Positions 1-10,700 of a DNA stretch of 64,000 bases are shown here, one piece after another. The translations under genes and the position numbers were made by a program. The stretch lies in assembly GCA_002099625.1 (NCBI GenBank), contig GCA_002099625.1_4857.1; one strand, given 5' to 3'. Position 1 is the stretch's first letter. Every line of letters starts with the position of its first letter. The stretch comes from Escherichia coli. Its GTDB lineage: Bacteria > Pseudomonadota > Gammaproteobacteria > Enterobacterales > Enterobacteriaceae. The notes below the pieces were generated by a model. The model searched no databases, was not told the origin of the DNA, and was given only the letters and a program-made list of their open reading frames with translations.

Positions 1-611
1 GTGATTGCGCGGTTGTAAGCCCAATCGGTAGTGAACTGTTTTTGCAGTTCAGTCCAATCGTAACCATACGCCACATACTCAGCCTGTGGTTTACTAGCAA
101 CCACGAACGGCGCGATGATTGCGCTGAGGTCAACATCCGTCACCACATCCGCCAAGTTCGGGAAGAACTTCGCAAAGCGTAAACGGAAACCACCTTGCCA
201 GGCCAAGCAACCAGGCTTAATAGTCACATCGATTAACCAGCTTTCTCCCAAATCTTTTACTGACTGGTCAACGATATCGTCGGCAACTAAAGACAAGCCG
301 TATTTCGCATTCAGAAACGGCAACAACTCAGAGAGTTTATTTACCGGGTCGGCAACGACTACCGGTATTACGTTCCTGAACAGAATTTCCATTTCGATAC
401 GGTCGTATTCGAGCGTAACGTTGCCTTTGTAGCCCTTGCCGTTCAACCCGTATAAGAGCACACGCGTATTCCGGTCAGCGCCAGGCGTTTGGACAGACTC
501 AGGGAAGCCAGTTGCAACCTGCTCCCATGTGAGTGGATTGGCCGTTAATCCGTTCTGTCGGTTAATAGCATCTAACAACATCTCTTTCGAGGGCTTATCG
601 TAAATAGACAC
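1..611 (-). CDS. hypothetical protein, 3' end beyond window edge
   Basis: Minus frame open from GTG at 611-609 to position 1, checked codon by codon. SD AGGAGG lies 5 nt upstream and overlaps the stop of the upstream gene. Absent from ORF track because no stop lies in the window. Confidence 0.5.
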   Translation of the reverse strand, partial: MSIYDKPSKEMLLDAINRQNGLTANPLTWEQVATGFPESVQTPGADRNTRVLLYGLNGKGYKGNVTLEYDRIEMEILFRNVIPVVVADPVNKLSELLPFLNAKYGLSLVADDIVDQSVKDLGESWLIDVTIKPGCLAWQGGFRLRFAKFFPNLADVVTDVDLSAIIAPFVVASKPQAEYVAYGYDWTELQKQFTTDWAYNRAI

Positions 612-621
612 CTATACCCTC

Positions 622-1419
622 CTAGTTGTTAAAGTGTAGGTTGAGGGTGCCCTGGAAGTTCGTACATTTATCGGTCAGTTGCACTGACACGACTTTCGCG
701 AACGCCGTATTTGCTCCCGGCAAGTCTGCAGGTACGCCGTCGAATACGACAGTGGCACCACGCAGGTTATACGGGGATGGGGTATCTTCAGCTACCCAAA
801 TCTCAGGAACACATTTGTTGAGTTCGATTGCCAACGCCGTGTCATCTACCTCGATACCGACCGCTAAGAGGCTCAGGAAACGAGAGATGTGGCTACAATC
901 GATGTCACGCGAATAGATATACGCCTGACCCAACTGGATGTCCTGGTGATCCGGGTACAGAAGACCGCTCAACTCTGTATTGGTTACTACTTCTGCCAGA
1001 GGTGTAGCAGGTTTCAGCTCGATGACCGCTTGACTTCGCCACTCGTGGGAAGTTTCAACAGCAACGACTGTGTGCGTCTGTCCATCAATGGGGTTATCTT
1101 CGATATCCTCAGGTAAGATAGACAGATTAAAACGCTCGTTAATCGCCGCGAGTAAGTCGTGCGTGGTTTGCACGTCCTCGTCTCCAAAGGCAACATCGCC
1201 TTTAAGGTAGTCCTCTAATGGACGACGATGGTAGTCCACAATCACTTGCGTACCTTCATCACCGCGCATCTTCGAGGTAAGGACTACCTCCGAATCACGA
1301 CCGTCTACTGACACAACCTCCGGCAGTCCGATATCAACATCGTCAAAGGTAAGCGGTGGGCTTATCTTATTCTCTTCGTTGATGAGTTTTAGCAGATTCT
1401 GTTTTGAAGTAAAAGACAT
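622..1419 (-). CDS. hypothetical protein
   Basis: 265-aa ORF; stop TAG overlaps SD of next gene (coupled). Confidence 0.6.
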   Translation of the reverse strand: MSFTSKQNLLKLINEENKISPPLTFDDVDIGLPEVVSVDGRDSEVVLTSKMRGDEGTQVIVDYHRRPLEDYLKGDVAFGDEDVQTTHDLLAAINERFNLSILPEDIEDNPIDGQTHTVVAVETSHEWRSQAVIELKPATPLAEVVTNTELSGLLYPDHQDIQLGQAYIYSRDIDCSHISRFLSLLAVGIEVDDTALAIELNKCVPEIWVAEDTPSPYNLRGATVVFDGVPADLPGANTAFAKVVSVQLTDKCTNFQGTLNLHFNN

Positions 1420-1540
1420 CGCGTTAACTCGAGTTAAGGGATTATTGAGGTCGTAAGATTTTTAGACCCCCTGCCAGCATATTAAAAGCGTAGTGCGTAC
1501 CAGAATCCGAACAAGAGCAAACAAAAAAAGAAAAGGAAAC

Positions 1541-1575
1541 AAAAAAGAAGGGGAGCCGAAGCTCCCTTTTCTTCA
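1541..1575 (-). terminator. intrinsic terminator hairpin
   Basis: Stem gggagc/gctccc with cgaa loop, T-run follows on minus strand; sits after stop of 1573..2004. Confidence 0.55.
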
Positions 1576-2004
1576 CGACTTCGACTGCTCCCATTCAGGA
1601 TAGACGAAGTTTCCATTGTGTTCTTTGTAGTGTTTGTAGAGTTCCTGGACAAGATCAGAAATCTTATCCCCGCAATCATGAAACCAACTATCCCAGCAAA
1701 AGTGCGGGAAGTCGTTCCACGAATAAGATACCTTGTCATTGAAAGCTTCCCAACTGACATACCACCAATAGCCCTTCTGCAGTTCATAGGCATCCCAGAA
1801 CTTATACCCACTAGACGTTTCGTATACCACGATAATCCATTTGACATCGTTCGTCCCTTCGTCGCAGATACCGAAAGCGTGGTCAGTGGTGTCGAACGTG
1901 TAGTCCGTCTTATAGGGTTTGTTTTTGTTGTTTATCCGAATACGTGCACCCTTCGGCATCAGAGCATGGAAAGTATCGCCGTTCAGCTTTTTGATTACGT
2001 TCAC
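1573..2004 (-). CDS. hypothetical protein
   Basis: 143-aa ORF, W/Y-rich; the overlapping 1482..1847 and plus-strand 1618..2379 ORFs are judged spurious. Confidence 0.55.
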   Translation of the reverse strand: MNVIKKLNGDTFHALMPKGARIRINNKNKPYKTDYTFDTTDHAFGICDEGTNDVKWIIVVYETSSGYKFWDAYELQKGYWWYVSWEAFNDKVSYSWNDFPHFCWDSWFHDCGDKISDLVQELYKHYKEHNGNFVYPEWEQSKS

Positions 2005-2025
2005 GACTTTATCCTCAATCGTCGA

Positions 2026-2244
2026 TTAACAGACCCACACAAGGCCGTTATTCTTTGGGCGGTCTTTAACACCGTAGGTTACTTCAACGTTGTCAATCAT
2101 TTTATCGCCGTCTTTCATTGTTTTCATGAAAGCTTTGGCTTCTGCTGCAGACATTTTCAGCAGCAGGTCAATCATGTCAGGCTTACGTTTGGCGGTGGTT
2201 TCAACAACAGGTTTGATTTCAGATTTGGAGAAGAGGTTGCGCAT
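2026..2244 (-). CDS. small hypothetical protein
   Basis: 72-aa ORF in minus operon. Confidence 0.45.
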   Translation of the reverse strand: MRNLFSKSEIKPVVETTAKRKPDMIDLLLKMSAAEAKAFMKTMKDGDKMIDNVEVTYGVKDRPKNNGLVWVC

Positions 2245-2305
2245 GGGATATTCCTTTTTTGTAGATTGCAGGTTGATTGGCGGGACTTTGCCCGCCGGGT
2301 TATTG

Positions 2306-2752
2306 TTAGTGTACTTCTTTTTCTAAACGCAGGCGATGCGTCGCTAAGGCGATTGCACGGTTTTCGAATTCAAGACTGAATGGGCTGATTTGTGCCATGT
2401 ATTTCTTTACGATGTCGTCAGAGACAACTTGACGACGATAATCACGAATCATTTCAGCAAAGCTGCTAGTAGGAAGTTCATCGTATTCGATTTCCATACC
2501 ACGTCTATTGATGTAGTACGAAGCAACCATGTCGTTAAACATTACATCGCCGGCTTCACCTAGAGGGAACTCGTCGCGAGTAGGTTCTGTGGTCTGGAAC
2601 GTGGCTTCTTTGGCGTTGGCGATAATCTCTTCGAAGTCCTCAGTAGTGAATTCGCTAGGGTCTTGTTTGTTGGCCGCCATCACGATTAGGAAAGAAATCA
2701 TAATCGGGTTTTTGCTAGCGTATTTAGTAAGTTCGTTATTCAGAATGTACAT
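2306..2752 (-). CDS. hypothetical protein, first gene after class A promoter
   Basis: 148-aa ORF; SD AAGGAG; class A promoter, hairpin and conserved leader lie about 50 nt upstream. Confidence 0.6.
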   Translation of the reverse strand: MYILNNELTKYASKNPIMISFLIVMAANKQDPSEFTTEDFEEIIANAKEATFQTTEPTRDEFPLGEAGDVMFNDMVASYYINRRGMEIEYDELPTSSFAEMIRDYRRQVVSDDIVKKYMAQISPFSLEFENRAIALATHRLRLEKEVH

Positions 2753-2805
2753 GTTAAAACTCCTTAAGATAATGGTCGATTAGATAAGAGTTAATTGTTA
2801 ACTCT

Positions 2806-2829
2806 CACCTAAGTAATATATATCTGAAA
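2806..2829 (-). promoter_or_regulatory. class A phage promoter-like motif
   Basis: Minus-strand TTTCAGATATATATTACTTAGGTG; near-identical copies at 24757, 54641 and 63146, each about 50 nt upstream of a minus gene start. Confidence 0.6.
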
Positions 2830-2849
2830 ATAATTGTAATCGGACTAGG

Positions 2850-2888
2850 CAAAAAAAGAAGAAACCCTACTCCCGAAGGAGTAGGGTA
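2850..2888 (-). terminator. intrinsic terminator
   Basis: Stem ccctactcc/ggagtaggg with cgaa loop, then T-run on minus strand; after stop of 2924..3352. Confidence 0.75.
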
Positions 2889-2923
2889 CTGCTTTATTCG
2901 CCACCCTTGGGATAAGCGTCATC

Positions 2924-3352
2924 CTAGTTGATGTGGAGTAGAGTGTCCTTCAACGCCTTCTGCTTTTCGTACGACTGACGACACAAGGAAGTCAGCGTCG
3001 AATACGCCGTGCCGGTACGCACCGGTAATTCGCCACCCGCTTCGGTGGGTTCTGTACGAACAAAAGACCCTTCTTCAAACGGCGGCGCTGCGTGTGGGAA
3101 GTTCTTTTTCATGTATCGCTTATACCAGCCGGCCACAACACGGATAACTTTTGGCATCTGAGATCGTCGGTCACGTACTTTCTTCCCGTGCATCTGATTC
3201 ATCTCGGAAGACATGCATAGCGAGGTGTACTGACTGAATCCGTCACTGACCCACTTACCGTCCTGGACCAGTAATTTCTTACCAACTGCTACAGCGATTC
3301 TCGGAGAGAAAATGACCGCACCATCTTTACGTTTCTTAGGCTTAAGCATCAT
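2924..3352 (-). CDS. hypothetical protein
   Basis: 142-aa ORF. Confidence 0.5.
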   Translation of the reverse strand: MMLKPKKRKDGAVIFSPRIAVAVGKKLLVQDGKWVSDGFSQYTSLCMSSEMNQMHGKKVRDRRSQMPKVIRVVAGWYKRYMKKNFPHAAPPFEEGSFVRTEPTEAGGELPVRTGTAYSTLTSLCRQSYEKQKALKDTLLHIN

Positions 3353-4145
3353 TATCGTCCTTGTATAGGGAGTCGTAAGGGCTGTTAGTGTTCATGTTAA
3401 ATTCTTGTTCTACTTCAGGATGTTGTGAAAGGGAATCCAGAAAGATCGGTTGATATCCACCCTCTGTACGTTTCTTTATCATTTCAAGGAACGACTTTCC
3501 ATCAGGAACATCAGGTGTTGATACTAACACCGTGTCAGAGACTGTCGGTAAACGCGTGCAGCCTTCAGTGTTCAGCTGTAGTACCGCGTCTGGTGCGATG
3601 TGTCTGATGTTAGGAAACTTCAACGCGATCTCTTCCATCTTCGCTTTCAATGCATCACCGTTTAGCAGCGGTACAGTCGGCGTCATATAAGCGAACTCAA
3701 CATCTCGATCGGCCACATAATCGCGTAAGTGTTTTCGGGCTGCTACTGTAGCAGAAACTTGCTCTTTATTAGCGTTTATGCCGATGCCATTAAAACGTTT
3801 TAGTTTGTCTAAGAAAACGTTAATGTTTTCCTTCGGCATAGGGCGTGGGAACTTACGCAGAAAATAAAGTTGTTCGCGGCCAGGCACCCAGCTGAGCACC
3901 CAGCACGCTTTTAGTGTACGGAAGATATCACGATAGGGTTTCTTCTCTTGAAAGAAATCCCCTTTTAACTGGCAACGGTCTTCAACCATTGCCTGGAGTT
4001 GGGTGGCTACGTTGGCCATTGCCGACCAGGTGATAAGACGACTACGGTGTTTACCCACGTAGAGACGTCCACCTGTAATACGACGAGACTGTGGATGTAC
4101 TATTTTGACAAACTGTAATCTTTTCTGCTTGCGTGGTTTTAACAT
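3342..4145 (-). CDS. hypothetical protein
   Basis: 267-aa ORF; SD AAGGAG upstream. Confidence 0.55.
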   Translation of the reverse strand: MLKPRKQKRLQFVKIVHPQSRRITGGRLYVGKHRSRLITWSAMANVATQLQAMVEDRCQLKGDFFQEKKPYRDIFRTLKACWVLSWVPGREQLYFLRKFPRPMPKENINVFLDKLKRFNGIGINANKEQVSATVAARKHLRDYVADRDVEFAYMTPTVPLLNGDALKAKMEEIALKFPNIRHIAPDAVLQLNTEGCTRLPTVSDTVLVSTPDVPDGKSFLEMIKKRTEGGYQPIFLDSLSQHPEVEQEFNMNTNSPYDSLYKDDNDA

Positions 4146-4190
4146 TTGAATACTCCTTAAGGTCGTATCTAATTTGAAACTGTTGTTTTT

Positions 4191-4562
4191 TTAAGGATTA
4201 ACGAACAGTCTGCCAACCTCGTAAGATGGCGGTGCCTCGGTACTTTTGCGTTCGGGGCTAATGGGGAAATCGAACACAGGTGTTTCCATAATGTCCGGCG
4301 GCATAACCCCGTCGTTCATTTCCAGAACTCGTCTGCGTACCTTGTCCCTGAACTCGGTATCCTCGCCTTGCCACAATACGGTCAGGATTTCCTCCCGTGT
4401 AAAATCCTTACGAAGCATGTATTCTAGCGCTGCATAAATGAACACTTTTTCTTCATGTAACTGTGCTTCGTATTCTTTCCTGGCAGACAACGCTTGTTTA
4501 TAAAGTTCGCGCTCCTCATGCCCAAAGAACAGACGCCGCCACCACACCATTAATTTACTCAT
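4191..4562 (-). CDS. hypothetical protein
   Basis: 123-aa ORF. Confidence 0.5.
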   Translation of the reverse strand: MSKLMVWWRRLFFGHEERELYKQALSARKEYEAQLHEEKVFIYAALEYMLRKDFTREEILTVLWQGEDTEFRDKVRRRVLEMNDGVMPPDIMETPVFDFPISPERKSTEAPPSYEVGRLFVNP

Positions 4563-4971
4563 CTTTTACCTCGTATCCATGACTACGAAAATACTCGATG
4601 GCCGCAGAACGTTTACCTACACAGGAGAGTTTTTCATAGAGTAACTCAAGGAGTGTCTTTGGTTCCCAACGCCGCTCTATGAAATAGATTAGGGCACCCA
4701 GGTTCCATCCTAACATCTTGTCACGCAGATCCGCATCTCGTCGGGCATCCCGTAGCTCATCTTCGAGTTTCCGGTTCTTAGACTGTTCCTCAGAAAGTAG
4801 TCGTGTAAGCTTACGGCGTTCTTCGAAAGATTCATCAAGATTTCTCTTCCACGCTTCTTTCGAAATTTCTAACTCAGTCTTTGATAGGCTGAGTTCCAAT
4901 TCCAGTATTTCTAATTGGCGGCGCAATTGTTTTTTCTCCTGAAACAGGCCGAACATGTTTTCTCCTTGCAA
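4555..4971 (-). CDS. hypothetical coiled-coil protein
   Basis: 138-aa ORF, E/K/R/L-rich heptad-like sequence. Confidence 0.5.
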   Translation of the reverse strand: MQGENMFGLFQEKKQLRRQLEILELELSLSKTELEISKEAWKRNLDESFEERRKLTRLLSEEQSKNRKLEDELRDARRDADLRDKMLGWNLGALIYFIERRWEPKTLLELLYEKLSCVGKRSAAIEYFRSHGYEVKDE

Positions 4972-5021
4972 TAGCCCTATCGATTCTGTTACGAACTTCT
5001 GCTAACGATAACGTTTCCCAC

Positions 5022-5342
5022 TTAAAATCCATTGCGACCTCCCTGTGCGATGTATAACGCACATTTCGCATTGAGTGCTTCGATATTAGCGATAAGTATC
5101 ATCACGCCGCCGAGTGTTCGTGGTACGCGAACTGCTTCGTACTCGCGACTTTGTGTACGGACACAATATTCATCGCCCAGGAACGCGATTTCGTAATACT
5201 CAGCACGTAACGGCACAAATGACTGTAGCAACATATCTGCGGTTTGATAGTCGTCAGTCAGTTTTCCGCCCTCGAGTAAATATTTCTGAATCTCGTGAAT
5301 GGTCAATCCCTGTAATGAAATAGACACCAGCTTCTCCTTCAT
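5022..5342 (-). CDS. hypothetical protein, start uncertain
   Basis: ORF track 106 aa. Leader motif TAATCGACCAT spans the ATG at 5342; AAGGAG plus 6 nt then GTG at 5327 is an alternative start. Confidence 0.45.
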   Translation of the reverse strand: MKEKLVSISLQGLTIHEIQKYLLEGGKLTDDYQTADMLLQSFVPLRAEYYEIAFLGDEYCVRTQSREYEAVRVPRTLGGVMILIANIEALNAKCALYIAQGGRNGF

Positions 5343-5679
5343 GGTCGATTAATAACAGTTCAGGTGGCACGTCATAGTCGATGGGTGCGGACTCCTCCAT
5401 CACGCTATACAATCGCTGATAGAACTCTCTGGAGGTTTCCAGGTGCCCTCTTGACACGTGTCTGACATGCGGTGTATTAGGATGATAAAACTCGCCGTAG
5501 GTTATCGCTAACTCGACAAACCATAGACATAGTTCTCTTGGCCCGTACCGGTTATAAAACTTTATCACCCCAACATCAAACATCTTGTTGTAATGCGGTA
5601 AATCACGATAACGAAGTTTTAGTGTACCTACACCGATGCGTTGAAGCTCGATAGAGATAGCTACGTCTATGGTTACCAT
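5254..5679 (-). CDS. hypothetical protein
   Basis: 141-aa ORF; 3' end overlaps next gene by 74-89 nt in another frame. Confidence 0.5.
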   Translation of the reverse strand: MVTIDVAISIELQRIGVGTLKLRYRDLPHYNKMFDVGVIKFYNRYGPRELCLWFVELAITYGEFYHPNTPHVRHVSRGHLETSREFYQRLYSVMEESAPIDYDVPPELLLIDHEGEAGVYFITGIDHSRDSEIFTRGRKTD

Positions 5680-5702
5680 TCACAATCACCCTTATCCGCA
5701 GA

Positions 5703-6086
5703 TCATTTAAATCCGCTGTATTCGTCAATGGTGCCGTCTTTGATGTACACGCCCGGCGTCAGTGCGACTTTACGCGGATCTTTATCAGCACGCTCGCCGT
5801 TACACTGGACATTCCATTCGTTGGTTAAACGTTCCATTTCACGACTTGCATACAGCCGCACATTCGTAACTAACTCGCTGGCTTCGCCCAGGTGCGACGC
5901 ATGAAGCACGCTGTTTTCCAGCCCGTAAAGTTTAGCGAGTAGAATCTTGTTAAGTTCTAACGCTGCTTTTGCAACGAGCGCATACCCTTGACGTTGCCCT
6001 TCTGTGCCTGCATTCAGTAACGTCAGCTGATGGTTTTTCATGTGTTCGATTGCCAGTGCTAAGTCGGTGTTCGTTGGCATTTCCAT
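5703..6086 (-). CDS. hypothetical protein
   Basis: 127-aa ORF. Confidence 0.5.
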   Translation of the reverse strand: MEMPTNTDLALAIEHMKNHQLTLLNAGTEGQRQGYALVAKAALELNKILLAKLYGLENSVLHASHLGEASELVTNVRLYASREMERLTNEWNVQCNGERADKDPRKVALTPGVYIKDGTIDEYSGFK

Positions 6087-6406
6087 TAGTATTTATCCTC
6101 ACGTTTGCTAAACTCTTCTAACATCTCGTCGTACGCATTCCTGGTATCTTTTAATCCCTGGACGGCCGCGTCATAGACGCGACGCGCAGGAGACGTAAGA
6201 TGGTAGTGTCCAATACGTTCGATGATATCGTGGCAGCGGCTAATGTGCGTGCAAAGCCTACTCGCGTTAACACCTAGTTTCGCGAGGTCGTGTCTTAACT
6301 GCAAGTTATCGGCCTGTACACGACGGATAGCGGCAGCTAATTCTCGATTTTCTTCGTACAGTTGTTTTTGTCGCTTGTTAATCAGCGCAAGTAACCAGTT
6401 CAACAT
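6086..6406 (-). CDS. hypothetical protein
   Basis: 106-aa ORF; start overlaps upstream stop. Confidence 0.5.
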   Translation of the reverse strand: MLNWLLALINKRQKQLYEENRELAAAIRRVQADNLQLRHDLAKLGVNASRLCTHISRCHDIIERIGHYHLTSPARRVYDAAVQGLKDTRNAYDEMLEEFSKREDKY

Positions 6407-6416
6407 CCTGTCCCCC

Positions 6417-6935
6417 TTAACGCTTCAGATAGATAACGTTATGGTTTTCGTACTTCGCGTCTACCCAGGAAAATTCCCAGTAGTGGCGAGGACGATCGGC
6501 GATTTTCATGTCCAGTTCCAGTATACCGTCTAAAGGTACCTGTCTGAGCACCTCTACGATGCTCTGCAGCTCGTTACGAGGCCGGTCGTGGATTAGCTCC
6601 AGATAACGCTCCAAACGCGCAGGCGTCGCTACAGTGCGAATATGAGTACGTTTATCATCGTCGTGCAGGTAAAGGAAGTTTGGTGTGCGTGGAACGTACC
6701 AGTGCCAGGTACCGATGTACGGGCCAGGCTGATAATCAGACAGTTGCTTGATTGCATTTAATACCGACGAACAACGGAAATACCAGATGTCCCATTCATC
6801 ACGAGGGAACAGTTCCGCGACTTTCACTTTCAGTGGGTCGATACTAATATCCCCCGCAGCCAATACTTCTGGGGCAACGCCAGATTCTAAAACGTTACGT
6901 TCCCGTTTGGTGTACAGGTTCATGATAATATTCAC
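6417..6935 (-). CDS. hypothetical protein
   Basis: 172-aa ORF. Confidence 0.5.
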   Translation of the reverse strand: MNIIMNLYTKRERNVLESGVAPEVLAAGDISIDPLKVKVAELFPRDEWDIWYFRCSSVLNAIKQLSDYQPGPYIGTWHWYVPRTPNFLYLHDDDKRTHIRTVATPARLERYLELIHDRPRNELQSIVEVLRQVPLDGILELDMKIADRPRHYWEFSWVDAKYENHNVIYLKR

Positions 6936-6962
6936 TTAATGCTCCTTAGGATTTAAACTAGC

Positions 6963-7316
6963 TTACTGTTTAGCCCAGTATTCGGCCAACGTTTGGTCAC
7001 CTTTACCGATGCGAGCATGAATGCCCATTTTACGCAACCGGTACAGTTCAAGGGACATGGTGTTTAGTTTGATAAGATTTACGTCCGTTGGACTCTTAAG
7101 GCAATCGTCTAATACATTAACGAATTTATCCAGCGCCTCTTGCGGAACTTTACCTTCTGGGTAGTCGTACAGTGTTATCACTTTAAAGGTGTAACCGTCG
7201 ATATTCGACAACTGTTTTACAGCTTCACTGATATCACGATTTATCATTGGTGTCCTATTGAGACGCATTGGTCTGGCAACACCGACTACTCTACTCATTG
7301 ACCACCCCCAAACCAC
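6963..7316 (-). CDS. hypothetical protein
   Basis: 117-aa ORF. Confidence 0.5.
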   Translation of the reverse strand: MVWGWSMSRVVGVARPMRLNRTPMINRDISEAVKQLSNIDGYTFKVITLYDYPEGKVPQEALDKFVNVLDDCLKSPTDVNLIKLNTMSLELYRLRKMGIHARIGKGDQTLAEYWAKQ

Positions 7317-7623
7317 TTACAGTGGATGCTGCGGGGACATCCAGGTTATTCATCCATAACGACAGCTTGTTCATCTTCGCTGCGGTCTCTGGGCTAGGGT
7401 TATTGCGCAATTCACTTAAAGCCATCGCATACTGGGTTGCCAGTATTTGACTGCCGTAGAAAGCACCACGGCTTACAGGCAACGCTTCGAAGCGTGCATC
7501 GAAATTGTTTGCTTGGTTAAGTTCTTTAACAGTGCTCAGAATGGCTTCCTGCATTCGAAGTTCACCGTCACCTTCAAGGTCAGTTGCCTGACGCAATACC
7601 GCTATGTGATAGACTTTGGACAT
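7291..7623 (-). CDS. hypothetical protein
   Basis: 110-aa ORF; SD TAAGGAG; class B promoter about 60 nt upstream. Confidence 0.5.
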   Translation of the reverse strand: MSKVYHIAVLRQATDLEGDGELRMQEAILSTVKELNQANNFDARFEALPVSRGAFYGSQILATQYAMALSELRNNPSPETAAKMNKLSLWMNNLDVPAASTVSGLGVVNE

Positions 7624-7682
7624 TTTAATTGCTCCTTAATACATGACATAAGTTCTGATTGAAACGTAAATTTCAGAGGTTC

Positions 7683-7706
7683 ACTGAGATAACATCTATC
7701 TGAAAT
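7683..7706 (-). promoter_or_regulatory. class B phage promoter-like motif
   Basis: Minus-strand TTTCAGATAGATGTTATCTCAGTG; related copies at 18184, 26453, 46767 and 47567. Confidence 0.55.
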
Positions 7707-7745
7707 AAAATAAAGCGTACCAGCCACCCCGAAGGATAGCTGGTA
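7704..7745 (-). terminator. intrinsic terminator
   Basis: Stem accagc/gctggt around ccccgaagg, T-run on minus strand; after stop of 7751..10768. Confidence 0.6.
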
Positions 7746-7750
7746 TACAC

Positions 7751-10700
7751 TTAGTTAGTTTCGAGTGGATCGTCTGGAATAGTAAACGTTATATCAAGTG
7801 AAGCTGTTGTGTGGTCGGGGATTGCCAAGTCGTGATAGATATCATGCCCTGCACCATGTTCTTTATAGAGGAGATACAAGCCGATTGCACGCATCGCTTC
7901 CCCGGTATAAAACCCAAAGGCTTGACCGTTATCCGTAGTAGGGTTTGCCCACGGAGACCAGGCACCGTTAATGGCTTTTCCTGGAATGTCTGTGACGGTG
8001 AAGTTGTCACCCATCTCTTTCATCCCCATATCCATAATACGGCTCAACCCTTCCACTGTACAGCCAGCCATTGCTGCATAAGCGCTGCCTGCTATCCAGA
8101 GCGCACACATATGTGCTGTGAAATCGTTCTCTACCCACACCGGTTTATTTGGTGCCGTAGGGAATTCATTCGGCGTGTGGTTGTCAAAGCGGTCTAAGAA
8201 CCCTACGAGCCACTTAGCCCAATTTTCAACGTACACTACTAGCTCAGGTGGAACCTCTTTACCACGCACAACTAATTCGTACCAACAACGCGCAGCGGCG
8301 TTATACGCGCGCGGCTGATAACCTGCCCACGGATGTCCATCTCCCCAATGGAACGTTGTCCACGTATCTGCCGGGCCGTAAGAGTAATTATCCCAACGGT
8401 TCCAAATATACGCCGCACAACCTGGACCTAACTCACCTATCTGCTTTTGGTAGTTGGTTTGTGAATCGTGCATAAACCGAATCTGATTTAAGAGCCAGTC
8501 TTTGTAGCGATCATCGGTGTGTATGGTGTACATAAACGGATACTGATAGCCAGGATACGGCATCCCGTGCCATGCACCTAGCTGATACGTTCCTTCCGAA
8601 TAGATGTTCGAGAACGGTATCGTTCCTGGGCAATACGCGAGCGAGTCAAGACGGTAATCTTTTATCGTACAATCGCCCACTTTACCCGTAAATGCAGAAC
8701 CTCCCCGAATTACAATACGGAACGTTAATGTCCAGCCATCGTCTGCATTAAACAGTGGCGGAACATCGTTTACGCAATACCAGCTAAAGTGCGCATTCTC
8801 CACAGCCGAATCGGGCAGTATGGTTACCTGATCGATAGTTGTATAGTTTGGCGCAGCCGGTTTTGGTTCGACGTCGGTATCGTGGTCAGGTTGATAGCCC
8901 GAGAGTGTTGCGTCTTCAGGGCGAATAATAACCTGTTTCCATTCCCCGTTAGTCGCGGGCAACATCCACCACCAACGCCACTTGTCGGTATCTTCGAAAC
9001 GGAAGTTGAAATCAGCATCAGCACGATAGACAATTGACTGTGGGGGTGCAACTCCGGCATCGGTTAACCAGAAGCCGATAATGAAACCCGCATCGTCGTT
9101 CGGGAATAACGCTTCTACGATTGTGCCTGAACGACCATCGTAAATGTTGTTCTCAAACTTCTCCTGCCACGTACACCCACCGTAGTCCGAACATGCTCGC
9201 GCATCGGCAATGATGTAATCTTCGCCGTTGGCCGGATTGGTCATTCTGGCCAGATGCCCTAAATCGATGTCATGCTGTTCTACTTCCATCGATGTTGATC
9301 CCGGAAGCGTACAGCCGTACCAGTTTACTTCTTCAGTATCCGCTTTGACGGGGTTAATATCCACCATCACTTTACACGCAAGTGCATCACCGTTGTCGCA
9401 AACACCGCCATACGTCACACGTAACTTCGATTGACTGTTTATCCTGAAACGCACGGCTTGCTGTTCCATAAAGTTCTGCACAGCTTTCTCAGAACGGAAC
9501 ACAATATCACCATTTTCATCACGACTGTAAGCGACCTCAACAGTGCTGGGGTATTTATAGTCGTACGAGATACCGTCTGTAAATGGTGTTTCGGCTAGCT
9601 TAGAACGTCGGAAAAACTTGTCCTTCGCATCGATATACGTGTATTCGTGCGCTGTATAGAACACAGAGTCTAGTGCGGCTTTATAGCGCGCTTCACCTGT
9701 GATACGCCAGAGCAGATAGCAGGCATCAATAAACCACACTTCCGCATCTGCCGCGTTACCCATCTGGTTAACAGACCCTTTTAACGGGGTATGAACCGGA
9801 CGGTTGTGCCACGGCTCATTGCGGTCAAACAAATAACCGCCGTGCTCTACAGGTACCTGGGAAGCGTAGTTAATCAAATATACACCGTTAATACTGGTGT
9901 CCTTTAATTGTACGGTTCCTTTCTGGGCATCAGGTAAACCGGATTCGATGACATCGCCGTCTTGAACCTTCTCACCCGTCCACACAACAAACCAGTCAGG
10001 TTCGTACCGCGGACCTTTCGAGGTAGAACCGCCCCACATTGGTGTATATCCGGTTGGGTCGTTTAACATCCTGTTCCAGTCCACCCATGCTTTTACATCG
10101 TAAGGTTTCTCTGGATTGGTGATTAAGTAATCAGGGACTTTAGACCAGTCAATTAACCCGTTTTCCGATTCCTTAATTTTCTGTACGTCGGCATTAACCG
10201 CACCCCAGGTAGGATGGCCACGGTGCGCAGAAAAGAAATTGTTCAGATACTCACCAAAGAATGGTGCGCCTTGGGGTATCTGGCAACGCCCGTTCGTAAA
10301 CGTTACCGGTACACACTTGTAACCACCGTGGGTTGGCTCGGTCGGATGCACTGGATAGTCTGCCAGCACCGGTTCTTTACCGTTAACTAGCCAGTTACAA
10401 ATCCATCGTTGCGGTGAATCGGGAATGGCCTGACCTGCGTAATAGTAGGTAGCGTACGCTTCCCATGCATGAATCGCCGCATCTAACCACATCTGGTTTT
10501 TGGTAGCAATGTACATGTGACAGTAGCCAATAATCAGCAACGATTGACCTTCTGTGGTGGCGTCACCATTAGGTTGATACACTGCCATGGAGTCAGCAAT
10601 GAAATGCCGGTTATTAGATAGCACCCCTTCTGGGTTAATCAGATAATGGTCATTGTGGGCGTCGTTAGTTAAGCCGGTGTTTCGACGAACAAAGTCCTGA

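Noticed and set aside
115-432. 105-aa plus-strand ORF at the window start
   Set aside because: It lies antisense to a fully open minus-strand frame that has a strong SD and start at 611; no RBS of its own.
1618-2379. 253-aa plus-strand ORF spanning three minus genes
   Set aside because: It crosses gene boundaries and an intergenic region on the opposite strand and has an F/V/R-rich composition; judged an antisense artefact.
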